Below are positions 54,202-62,643 of a stretch of 64,000 nucleotides of DNA, piece after piece. The notes beneath the pieces are model-generated. The model had not been told where the DNA came from, searched no databases, and was given only the letters and a program-made list of their open reading frames with translations. The translations under genes were made by a program, and so were the position numbers. The number at the start of each line of letters is the position of its first letter. Position 1 is the stretch's first letter. The DNA comes from Anaerovoracaceae bacterium (lineage in GTDB: Bacteria; Bacillota; Clostridia; Peptostreptococcales; Anaerovoracaceae), in assembly GCA_045604305.1 (NCBI GenBank), contig JAZUNV010000064.1:893-64892 (forward strand), written 5' to 3'.

Positions 54202-56543
54202 TGGCGGGACCGGGACGCATGGGGCCGATGCGCTTCCTCACTGAGGAAGAGAAACAGAACATGCCTAAAGTGACAAAGGCGCTGCTTGTCAGGATCATGA
54301 GTTATCTCAAACCGTACTGGCTGCAGTTTGTATTTGTCTTTGCTGCCATACTTATATCTGCGACGATAGGTCTCTTCCCGTCCATCATCACCGGGCGCAT
54401 AGTCGACGAGGCTCTCGTCGGCAAGGACATGGAGCTCCTGATCAAACTCCTTCTGATGGCTTTCGCCGCGCTGACGGTGAGCCAGCTCGTGGGAATGCTA
54501 GAGAACTACATCAACGCATGGATCTCGCAGCGTATCATATACGACATGCGCAATCAGATGTACAGGCATCTGCAGTTCATGCCGCACTCCTTCTTTACGA
54601 CTGAGAAGCAGGGCGACATCATCACGCGCATGAATACTGATATTAGCGGGGTCAGCTCTGTCATAAGCGGCACTCTGTCGAGCATAGTCAGCAATATAGC
54701 GACCGTGGTCACGACGCTGATCGCGCTCTTCAGCATGAGCGTACCGCTGGCCGTAGTAGGCATCGCGGTGATACCGCTTCTCATACTTCCGACCAGAACG
54801 GCCGGCCGCACGCGCTGGAAGTACCTGACAGAGAGCCAGGCCAAGAGTGACGAACTCAACCAGAAGATAGACGAGACTCTGTCGGTGAGCGGCTCGATGC
54901 TCGTCAAGATATTTACCCGTGAGCAGAAGGAATACGATGACTTCACGAGGATCAACAGAGAAGTGACCGACCTCAATCTCAAGGAGCAGAGATCGGGCCA
55001 GCTCTTCCGCGTGGTGATGGGCATGTTCAGACAGATCGGACCGCTGCTGATATACTTTGCCGGCGGCTGGTTCATCATCAGGAAGATCGATCCTACTCTG
55101 ACTGTCGGTATCATTACGGCGACGGTAGCTCTGATCAACAGGCTGTACATGCCTGTCGAGCAGCTGCTCAATCTCTCAGTGGATTTCACAAGATCGCTGG
55201 CCCTCTTCACCCGCATATTCGATTACTTCGACAGAGAGAATACCATCACTTCGCCGGAGAACGGACTGAAGCCTGATGTGGATAACAAACCGATCAGCTA
55301 CGAGCACGTGGCTTTCAGCTACAATCCCGAGAATCCTATACTCACCGACGTGAACTTCGAGGTGCCGGGCGGCAGCATGTACGCTATAGTCGGTCCGTCG
55401 GGTTCGGGCAAGTCGACGGTGGTCAATCTCATACCGAGGCTCTATGACGTATGCGGCGGCAGTGTAAAGATCGCCGGAGTCGACGTCCGTGACTTCGACC
55501 TGACATATTTGAGAGAGCAGATAGGCGTCGTGACCCAGGAGTCATATCTCTTCAACGGCACGATACTCGAGAACCTCAGGTATGCCAAGGACGATGCGAC
55601 GATGGCCGAGATAGAGGAAGCCTGCCGCATAGCTAATATACACGACTTCATAGTCAGCCAGCCTGACGGCTACGATACGGAGGTCGGAAACCGCGGGCTC
55701 AAGCTCTCCGGCGGCGAGAAGCAAAGGCTCTCGCTCGCGAGGGTGATACTCAAGGATCCTAAGATTCTCATACTCGATGAGGCGACTTCAGCTCTCGATT
55801 CCATATCAGAGAATTCGATACAGGATGCCCTCGAGCAGATGATGGTGGGACGCACCAGCATAGTGATAGCACACAGACTGTCGACGATATTGAAGGCTGA
55901 CTGTATATTGGTAGTAAAGGACGGCGTCATAGCCGAACAGGGAACGCACGAGGAGCTGCTTGCCATGGAAGGTACATACAAAGAACTGTACGAGACACAG
56001 TTCCGTCAGGCTATAGAGAGTGAAAGCTTCAGGAAGGCGGACAGCAGTGACATACCCGCCATCGAGAAGATATACGACCATTCCCACGATGCAGAGGAAG
56101 AGGGCAAGACGACTACCGGCTGGCAGAGGGGCATATACCCTACGCTGCACACGGCAGAGGACTCGCTGGCGCGCGGGGACATGTACGTTGCCGAGATAGA
56201 CGGCAAGGTCGTGGCGACCGGTATCATCAACAAGATACAGGTCGATGTCTACGCGGATTGCGACTGGAAGTACAAGGCGCCTGACGACAAGGTGGCCGTG
56301 CTGCATACACTGGCTGTAGATCCTGATGCGAGAGGCATGGGGCTCGGCCCAAGATTCGTGGAGTTCTATGAGCAGCTCGCAAGGGAGAAGGGCTGCGAGG
56401 TGCTGAGGATCGACACCAACGCGAAGAACACAAAAGCGCGCAGGATGTATGAGAGGCTCGGATACATAGAGACAGATATAATCCCGACTGTTTTCAACGG
56501 GATAAAGGGCGTCGATCTGGTATTGATGGAAAAGAAGCTGTAG
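54201..56543 (+). CDS. ABC exporter (TMD plus NBD half-transporter) fused to a C-terminal GNAT acetyltransferase domain
   Basis: Six-helix TMD, Walker A GPSGSGKST and signature LSGGEKQR. From about nt 56031 there is a 170-aa GNAT domain with LAVDPDARGMGLG and ARRMYERLGY. Confidence 0.88.
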   Translation: MAGPGRMGPMRFLTEEEKQNMPKVTKALLVRIMSYLKPYWLQFVFVFAAILISATIGLFPSIITGRIVDEALVGKDMELLIKLLLMAFAALTVSQLVGMLENYINAWISQRIIYDMRNQMYRHLQFMPHSFFTTEKQGDIITRMNTDISGVSSVISGTLSSIVSNIATVVTTLIALFSMSVPLAVVGIAVIPLLILPTRTAGRTRWKYLTESQAKSDELNQKIDETLSVSGSMLVKIFTREQKEYDDFTRINREVTDLNLKEQRSGQLFRVVMGMFRQIGPLLIYFAGGWFIIRKIDPTLTVGIITATVALINRLYMPVEQLLNLSVDFTRSLALFTRIFDYFDRENTITSPENGLKPDVDNKPISYEHVAFSYNPENPILTDVNFEVPGGSMYAIVGPSGSGKSTVVNLIPRLYDVCGGSVKIAGVDVRDFDLTYLREQIGVVTQESYLFNGTILENLRYAKDDATMAEIEEACRIANIHDFIVSQPDGYDTEVGNRGLKLSGGEKQRLSLARVILKDPKILILDEATSALDSISENSIQDALEQMMVGRTSIVIAHRLSTILKADCILVVKDGVIAEQGTHEELLAMEGTYKELYETQFRQAIESESFRKADSSDIPAIEKIYDHSHDAEEEGKTTTGWQRGIYPTLHTAEDSLARGDMYVAEIDGKVVATGIINKIQVDVYADCDWKYKAPDDKVAVLHTLAVDPDARGMGLGPRFVEFYEQLAREKGCEVLRIDTNAKNTKARRMYERLGYIETDIIPTVFNGIKGVDLVLMEKKL

Positions 56544-56566
56544 ATCAAGGGGCATATGATCGATCA

Positions 56567-57916
56567 ATGAGTCAGATAAGCATTTTTGAAACAGAGAATA
56601 ACAGCAGCCAGCCGCTGGCCGCGAGGATGCGCCCAAGGGACCTTGATGAGTTCGTCGGCCAGCAGCATCTCGTGGGCGAAGGAAAGGTGCTGCGAAATCT
56701 CATAGACCGCGACAGCGTGACCTCCATGATATTCTGGGGACCGCCGGGAGTAGGCAAGACCACTCTCGCTCAGATAATCGCGGCAAGGACGGATGCGCAG
56801 TTCATCACTTTCAGTGCGGTCACGAGCGGCATCAAGGACATCAAGACCGTGATGCAGCAGGCTGACAAAATGACCGCCATAGGGGCGCGTACCATAGTTT
56901 TTGTAGACGAGATACACCGCTTCAACAAGGCGCAGCAGGATGCCTTTCTGCCTTTCGTCGAGAAGGGCAGCATCATACTGATCGGAGCGACGACCGAGAA
57001 TCCTTCGTTTGAGGTGAACGGGGCTTTGCTTTCAAGGTGTAAGGTCTTCGTGCTGCAGCAGCTTACGGCTGATGACATTGCAGAGCTTATCAGAAATGCC
57101 GTTAAGGATCCGCGGGGATTCGGTGATCAGGACCTGCACATCTCCGACGATGTGATAAGCGCGCTGGCATCCTTTGCCAACGGCGATGCGAGGACGGCGC
57201 TGTCGACTCTCGAGATGATGGTGCTCAATGCCGACCATTCGAAGGATCCGGAGGACGGGCACGAGATCATTACCGTGACCACTGAAGATTTCGAGCAGTG
57301 CACTTCGAGGAAGTCCCTGCTCTATGACAAGCAGGGAGAGGAGCATTATAATCTCATATCCGCCCTGCATAAATCGATGCGGAATTCGGATGCGGACGCG
57401 GCCGTGTACTGGCTGGCGCGCATGCTGGAATCGGGAGAGGATCCGATGTACATAGCGCGGCGCGTCACCAGATTCGCTGCGGAGGATGTCGGCCTCGCCG
57501 ATCCGAGAGCCCTCGAGCTCTCGGTCGCGGCATTCCAGGCCTGCCACCTGATCGGAATGCCGGAGTGCAGCGTGCACCTCACCGAGGCCGTCATCTACAA
57601 TGCTCTCGCGCCTAAGTCCAACGCGATGGAGGTCGCGTACATCCAGGCTGCGCGGGATGCCAACGAGCACATAGCAGAGCCTGTGCCTCTACATATCAGG
57701 AATGCTCCGACGAAGCTCATGAAGGAGCTCGACTACGGCAAAGGCTATGTGTACGCCCACGATACCGAGGACAAGATCGCGGACATGGAGTGCCTGCCTG
57801 ACAATCTCAGAGGCAGGGAGTACTATCATCCGGGCAATCAGGGCTTCGAGCCGAGATTCAAAGAGCGCTACGAAGCGATCAAAAAGTGGCGCGAAGACCA
57901 AAAGAAGAAGAAATGA
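56567..57916 (+). CDS. rarA: Replication-associated recombination protein A (AAA+)
   Basis: GPPGVGKTT and VFVDEIHRFNK, with a MgsA/RarA C-terminal domain. Confidence 0.93.
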   Translation: MSQISIFETENNSSQPLAARMRPRDLDEFVGQQHLVGEGKVLRNLIDRDSVTSMIFWGPPGVGKTTLAQIIAARTDAQFITFSAVTSGIKDIKTVMQQADKMTAIGARTIVFVDEIHRFNKAQQDAFLPFVEKGSIILIGATTENPSFEVNGALLSRCKVFVLQQLTADDIAELIRNAVKDPRGFGDQDLHISDDVISALASFANGDARTALSTLEMMVLNADHSKDPEDGHEIITVTTEDFEQCTSRKSLLYDKQGEEHYNLISALHKSMRNSDADAAVYWLARMLESGEDPMYIARRVTRFAAEDVGLADPRALELSVAAFQACHLIGMPECSVHLTEAVIYNALAPKSNAMEVAYIQAARDANEHIAEPVPLHIRNAPTKLMKELDYGKGYVYAHDTEDKIADMECLPDNLRGREYYHPGNQGFEPRFKERYEAIKKWREDQKKKK

Positions 57917-57923
57917 CCGAAAG

Positions 57924-58066
57924 CATAGACGTGACGTTCGGCTATGACGACGATGAAGAAGTAATGGTCAAGGTTCGGTAGTCAGGGTTTCCTTCTGAAA
58001 CAAAAAGCCGGAAGTGACTGGTGAGTTCGCTTCCGGCTTTTCAGTTTTTGATTTAGACAGCCTCGG
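57924..58066 (+). repeat. Direct repeat, left copy (orphan 3' gene fragment plus terminator)
   Basis: It matches 61768-61910. The first 101 nt differ at 3 positions. It encodes ...IDVTFGYDDDEEVMVKVR* with no gene body upstream, since the rarA stop is at 57916. Confidence 0.9.
58003..58049 (+). terminator. Rho-independent terminator (inside the left repeat; would serve rarA)
   Basis: Stem GCCGGAAG (58007-58014) / CTTCCGGC (58030-58037), followed by TTTTCAGTTTTT. Confidence 0.7.
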
Positions 58067-58204
58067 TTTTATGTTTTTCGAATAAAAAACCTTATCTTGC
58101 AATCCGACAGCTGGAGGTCTTGCCGGGTATCCTGTGAGGGCCTGCCCTTTTGTTATTTGTGGCAAATTCCATCCTTCTGGCTATTTACAACTCCTGTCTT
58201 TTAC

Positions 58205-58296
58205 TTATCCGGCAACAGACCAATCCCTGTTTTGTTATCCGGCAACACCGGTTTTATATCCGGCAACTACTAGGCTCTTCTTTGTTATCCGGCAGC
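58205..58296 (+). repeat. Four iteron-like direct repeats TTATCCGGCAAC
   Basis: Copies at 58205-58216, 58235-58246, 58256-58267 (ATATCCGGCAAC) and 58285-58296 (TTATCCGGCAGC). Each is preceded by a T-run, and starts are spaced 30, 21 and 29 nt apart. Confidence 0.85.
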
Positions 58297-58342
58297 TACC
58301 AGTATCTTTGCGTATAAGACGTCACTCTGTTTTACTTTGCTG

Positions 58343-58392
58343 CCTGGCCCCCGTCCCGTCTTGTGATGTTACCTGGCACCGTCCCGTCTTGT
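58343..58392 (+). repeat. Two direct repeats CCTGGC-N-CCGTCCCGTCTTGT
   Basis: CCGTCCCGTCTTGT is exact at 58351-58364 and 58379-58392. Both copies are preceded by CCTGGC. Confidence 0.85.
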
Positions 58393-58444
58393 TATGCTGC
58401 CTGACATCGATTCACCTCTTCCGCAGAGGAGTTTCTCAAAAAAA

Positions 58445-58481
58445 TGTACATGAAATGGACAAAATCACGATTCTATGTACA
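58445..58481. repeat. TGTACAT-N23-ATGTACA dyad, copy C2
   Basis: TGTACATGAAATGGACAAAATCACGATTCTATGTACA, flanked by AAAAA and AAAT. Confidence 0.6.
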
Positions 58482-58687
58482 AAATCTTCCCTTCTCTTTC
58501 AACTGCTTCTCACATTCAAAGACTACAATGACATCACTCATCTTCAGTGATCAGACTGCTAAATGGAGATGGAGGCTGAAACCCTTGAAAATACTGACGT
58601 TCAGCAGGTCGGTAAAATGACGGGAATCAGCAGTTATTTATTGAGGAGAACGGAGCTTGCAATATATGCGAGCTGCGACTGGAAAAA

Positions 58688-58723
58688 TGTACATAAAAGG
58701 GCAAAAAATCGAAAATATGTACA
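58688..58723. repeat. TGTACAT-N22-ATGTACA dyad, copy C3
   Basis: TGTACATAAAAGGGCAAAAAATCGAAAATATGTACA, followed by AAATGTTCCGAAACTCCTCT (shared with C1). Confidence 0.6.
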
Positions 58724-58792
58724 AAATGTTCCGAAACTCCTCTCCGGGAACCTCGCAGAAATGAAAGCAAGTTAAGTAACAGGGGGCTGAGA

Positions 58793-59584
58793 ATGATTTA
58801 CAGAGATGAATTTGAGAGAATAGCGGCGGAATTAGTGAAGAGGAAACAATTTCTTGAAAGCGAACTTAAGGATCTCCCGGATGGCGAATTGTATGCTCGT
58901 CGAGCGGATAGCTCGCTTTGCTGCTACAGACGTTTTCCGAAGTCGGGAAACCGGAAAAAGGAACGCAGAGTCGGTATCGGGAAGGAACCTGAGATGGTTA
59001 GTGCTTTGGTAAGGAAGAAGTATGTAACTGAAGCCCTGAGCCGTATCGAAGACGACATAGCGGCATCGGAGTCTCTGCTGAAGACCTATGTGCCTTTTGA
59101 TGAAAACAGCGTGATGGATGACTTCATCGGCAAGTATCCTGAACTTGCTGACTGCATATTCTATGGTGCTGAAGACTATGATGAGTGGGCGGGTTCATAT
59201 ACGCCGCAGAGTGACTTCTATGCTGAAGGCCTGACATCAACTGCCTCAGACGGGACAGCCAGAAGATCCTTGGGTGAGATCCTGATAGGAACCAAGCTCA
59301 GGCAATATAATATTCCGTACAGGTATGAGGCGCCGGTCCACCCGGATCTCCGTTGGGTCCCGGACTTCACTATCATGAGACCAAGAGACTGGAAGAAGTT
59401 TTACTGGGAGCACTTCGGCAAAGTAAGCGATCTTAAATATATGCGCCACAACATCGCTAAGATAGAAGACTACGCGAGCGTGGGTATTGTGCCATGGGAC
59501 AATCTGATCATCACATACAGCAGGGAAGATGGCGGAATAAATGAGAAGCTCATCGATGCCATGATACAGGCATGGTTGCTATGA
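58793..59584 (+). CDS. Hypothetical protein with C-terminal PD-(D/E)XK nuclease-like motifs
   Basis: 263 aa. ATG follows AGGGGG. The N-terminal half is predicted coiled or helical. The C-terminal half has SLGEILIG...YRYE...VPDFTI...YWEHFGK (an E...PD...E.K arrangement). Confidence 0.6.
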   Translation: MIYRDEFERIAAELVKRKQFLESELKDLPDGELYARRADSSLCCYRRFPKSGNRKKERRVGIGKEPEMVSALVRKKYVTEALSRIEDDIAASESLLKTYVPFDENSVMDDFIGKYPELADCIFYGAEDYDEWAGSYTPQSDFYAEGLTSTASDGTARRSLGEILIGTKLRQYNIPYRYEAPVHPDLRWVPDFTIMRPRDWKKFYWEHFGKVSDLKYMRHNIAKIEDYASVGIVPWDNLIITYSREDGGINEKLIDAMIQAWLL

Positions 59585-59617
59585 AAGATCCGTCTCGCAC
59601 ATGATGACTGATAATTC

Positions 59618-59646
59618 TTCAGATTTGAGCTCATGTAGTGTATAAT
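59618..59646 (+). promoter_or_regulatory. Sigma-A type promoter for the 717-aa secreted protein gene
   Basis: TTCAGA (59618-59623), 17-nt spacer, TATAAT (59641-59646). Confidence 0.5.
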
Positions 59647-59725
59647 CGAATCAACAGAGACGGCTGTCATCATGAGCGCTGCTCGGATGAAGCGATCAAG
59701 CCGATGTGGCTCGCGAGGAAAAATC

Positions 59726-61825
59726 ATGCTAAGAAGAATAAGAAGTGTTCTGACGATACTGATAATGGCTGTGATGATCGCAACTTCGTTTGGGGTCGTT
59801 GCTGCGCCGGAGGTAGATGCTGCATCCGGTCTGCCAAAGGTATCGTCTTTAAGTGCGTCCGCCGGTGAGGATTCGGTCACGCTGTCGTGGGCGAAGCTGG
59901 GGAAGAAGCAGCTGAAGAAGGTAAAGGGGATCGCTATATTCAGGGACGGAGATCTGATAGGGACGGTCGGTAAGAAAGCAACTTCATTTACCGATTCGGG
60001 CCTCTGGGCCGGAACTGATTACTCGTATTCCGTGAAGACATACAAGGCCACAAATAAAAAGGAGTGGTTCAACAAGCAGACTCAGAGATGGCAGAAGAAG
60101 AAACCTGCAAAGAAGTGGAGAGGCAAGTCTCGAAAGGCATGTAAATACAGTGGCGGCACGGATATCGATGTTGTGACGACTGAGGGTGCAGCACAAAGCG
60201 GCAGCGATGATGCGCAGGGCGGAACAACCGGCAGCACCGGTAATAAAACACAACATATCAGTTGCAACGGGAATCATACATTAACGATCGGGCAGAAGTA
60301 CAATTTGGGAGGAAGTGCCAGCAGCGGGCTTCCTGTAACATATATGTCTCAGGATCCTTCTGTCGCTATCGTCAACGAAAGCGGTGTGGTGACAGCTGTC
60401 TCGGCCGGGAGGACTGTCGTTTACATCAGGCAGGCCGGGAACGAGATTTACACACCTGTCGAGACGTATGCAACTATCACGGTCAAAGGAAATCAGGATC
60501 AGGATCCGGGAACGAACCCCGGCCCTGGAACTGATCCCGGATCCGGAACTGATCCGAACCCGGGCTCGGACCCTGTTGTTGTGACGGATCCTTTTACGGT
60601 CAATATCCCATCAAATATGAAGTTTGATTACAACGGATGGAATGTTATCACATTAAATCAGGGTGAAGTAAAGATCCCTGTTACGGTGCCTAAGCATGTA
60701 GCCAGGATCGACTGGACTGAAACAAATGCGGGCCTGGCGCAGTCAAAGGATACTATTACGCATAGAACGGCTGATAACGGCAAGGAACTCTACCTGACTG
60801 CAAACGACACGCTGAGCGATAGGAGCGCTTTCGGTCAGTTGAGATACACCGGGACGTTGGTAATGGAGGACGGATATCAGTATTATGATAAAAACGGCGA
60901 TGGAACTGTTGATGAAGGAGACAGAAGGGTAAGTTTCGTAATAGTAAATACAATATATCCTGTCAGTGGCAAGACTGCGGACAACATCCATTACGTCTAT
61001 GATTTCAAGGATATGCAGCCGGTAGTCGCCAGGAATGGTCTGAAAGAGTATGGGATGACTCGGGTTGTCGAGCTTAAAGCTGAAAATCTGCCTGACGGCT
61101 CGCATGTCAACATTGACATTGGCGAACTAAATGCAGACAGCGGATTTGAGACGCAGTTACTGTTCCCTACTATGAGCGATGCAACTACAAGGAATGGCCT
61201 GGAACTGGTAACGCCGCAGGCTAACTGGGAATGCATGGTGTTCAGATCAAAGTCATTGGCATTAGTGCTTCTTCAGACCGGCTCCTTTACAATGAAATAT
61301 CCAAGCGGGAGAAAGATAACCTTTAAGATCAGCGGAAGAAATCCGGAAACGCTTGAGCGATATAACAAGATAAAGAACATAGGAAACCAGTGCATTTCTT
61401 CAACCGAGCTTGAAACGATAAGGAAATGCATTAGATACAGTCTGCTGAACTACACTTACTCTGCGACGGTACAGGATATGCACGGAAGGCAAATGGGAGA
61501 TTGTATATCAAGCAACTCGTATTTTGTTGAAGTTCTGAGATATTGCGGGATCAGGGCATCCCTGAGATTCTCCGGCCCTGAAAAAGGCGAAAACAGTAAC
61601 CATTATAATATAGCGGTGATACTGAAAGACGGTACGAAATATGTCGTGGACTGTACACCGGTGACCCCATCCTGGTATAAAAATGCTACATATGAATGGG
61701 ATTCGTATGAGAGTTTTGAGCATGATGATCGGCTTATTACGTGGGACAAGTATTCTAAGAACTTTATCATAGACATGACGTTCGGCTATGATGACGATGA
61801 AGAAGTAATGATCAAGGTTCGGTAG
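59726..61825 (+). CDS. Secreted multidomain protein: signal peptide, FN3-like, Big_2, Pro/Gly-rich linker, C-terminal transglutaminase-like Cys protease fold
   Basis: The start ATG 59726 gives MLRRIRSVLTILIMAVMIATSFGVVAAPEVDA. The Big_2 segment is VTYMSQDPSVAIVNESGVVTAVSAGRTVVYI. The linker is DPGTNPGPGTDPGSGTDPNPGSDP. The putative Cys-His-Asp set is GDCISSNSYF...NHYNIAVIL...VVDCT. Confidence 0.8.
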   Translation: MLRRIRSVLTILIMAVMIATSFGVVAAPEVDAASGLPKVSSLSASAGEDSVTLSWAKLGKKQLKKVKGIAIFRDGDLIGTVGKKATSFTDSGLWAGTDYSYSVKTYKATNKKEWFNKQTQRWQKKKPAKKWRGKSRKACKYSGGTDIDVVTTEGAAQSGSDDAQGGTTGSTGNKTQHISCNGNHTLTIGQKYNLGGSASSGLPVTYMSQDPSVAIVNESGVVTAVSAGRTVVYIRQAGNEIYTPVETYATITVKGNQDQDPGTNPGPGTDPGSGTDPNPGSDPVVVTDPFTVNIPSNMKFDYNGWNVITLNQGEVKIPVTVPKHVARIDWTETNAGLAQSKDTITHRTADNGKELYLTANDTLSDRSAFGQLRYTGTLVMEDGYQYYDKNGDGTVDEGDRRVSFVIVNTIYPVSGKTADNIHYVYDFKDMQPVVARNGLKEYGMTRVVELKAENLPDGSHVNIDIGELNADSGFETQLLFPTMSDATTRNGLELVTPQANWECMVFRSKSLALVLLQTGSFTMKYPSGRKITFKISGRNPETLERYNKIKNIGNQCISSTELETIRKCIRYSLLNYTYSATVQDMHGRQMGDCISSNSYFVEVLRYCGIRASLRFSGPEKGENSNHYNIAVILKDGTKYVVDCTPVTPSWYKNATYEWDSYESFEHDDRLITWDKYSKNFIIDMTFGYDDDEEVMIKVR

Positions 61826-61910
61826 TCAGGGTTTCCTTCTGAAACAAAAAGCCGGAAGTGACTGGTGATCAGTTCACTTCCGGCTTTTCAGTTTTGATTC
61901 AGACGGCCCG
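61768..61910 (+). repeat. Direct repeat, right copy (true 3' end of the 717-aa gene plus terminator)
   Basis: It matches 57924-58066 and encodes ...IDMTFGYDDDEEVMIKVR*. Confidence 0.9.
61847..61895. terminator. Bidirectional terminator between the secreted-protein gene and deoD
   Basis: 11-bp stem GCCGGAAGTGA (61851-61861) / TCACTTCCGGC (61874-61884), flanked by A- and T-runs. Confidence 0.75.
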
Positions 61911-61935
61911 GCGCGTGGCATGTGCCGCGTGACGC

Positions 61936-62643
61936 TTATGCGATCTCGAGGGCGATCTCCATCATCTTGGTAAATGAGTTCTGGCGCTCCTCAGCCGATA
62001 CGTTCTCCTCAGGATAGTTGAAGGAATCGGATACCGTGCAGATGCAGAGGGCGTTCTTGCCCAGTCTTGCAGCGTTGCAGTAGAGGGCTGCGGATTCCAT
62101 CTCGATGCCGAGGACTCCCATCTTGGCCCATTCCAGTCCTGAGTTCGCATCATCATAGAATACGTCCGATGAGAATATGTTGCCGACCTTGAACTTCACT
62201 CCCGCGGCCCTGGTCGCAGCGACAGCCTTCTCGAGCAGCTCGTACGAAGCTATAGGAGCGTATGTGCCGGGCAGCCTGTACTGGATGGCGAAATTGCCGT
62301 CGGTGCAGGCGGCCTGAGCGATGATGATGTCGCGGACATGGAGCTCAGGGTCTATCGATCCGCAGGATCCGATCCTTATGATGTTCTTTACATCATAGAA
62401 AGAGAAGAGCTCATACGAGTAGATGCCTATCGCAGGCTGGCCCATTCCGGATGCCATGACCGAGACTCTCTTGCCCTTATACGTCCCTGTGTACCCCTGG
62501 ACGCCGCGTACGTTGTTGACGAGCACAGGGTTCTCGAAGAATGTCTCTGCGATGAATTTGCTGCGGAGAGGATCTCCCGGCATGAGAACGGTATCAGCGA
62601 AATCGCCTGCTTTTGCATTTATGTGAGGAGTTGGGATTGACAT
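61936..62643 (-). CDS. deoD: Purine nucleoside phosphorylase DeoD type
   Basis: 235 aa with MSIPTPHINAKAGDFADTVLMPGDPLR and SGMGQPAIGIYSYEL. Confidence 0.95.
   Translation of the reverse strand: MSIPTPHINAKAGDFADTVLMPGDPLRSKFIAETFFENPVLVNNVRGVQGYTGTYKGKRVSVMASGMGQPAIGIYSYELFSFYDVKNIIRIGSCGSIDPELHVRDIIIAQAACTDGNFAIQYRLPGTYAPIASYELLEKAVAATRAAGVKFKVGNIFSSDVFYDDANSGLEWAKMGVLGIEMESAALYCNAARLGKNALCICTVSDSFNYPEENVSAEERQNSFTKMMEIALEIA

Noticed and set aside
58134-58775. Two listed ORFs (58134-58550, 138 aa; 58563-58775, 70 aa) lie in the gene-free part of the repeat-bracketed segment.
   Set aside because: The first merely translates the DNA direct repeats (YPAT repeats, LLCCL repeats) and has no RBS. 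The second has no RBS and runs through dyad copy C3. Neither shows protein-like composition.
59590-59670. Crossing complementary segments (CGTCTC/GAGACG and CATGATGAC/GTCATCATG) upstream of the 717-aa gene suggest a pseudoknot.
   Set aside because: The helices are short and straddle the predicted promoter, so only part would be transcribed. There is no supporting conservation, and chance complementarity is plausible.
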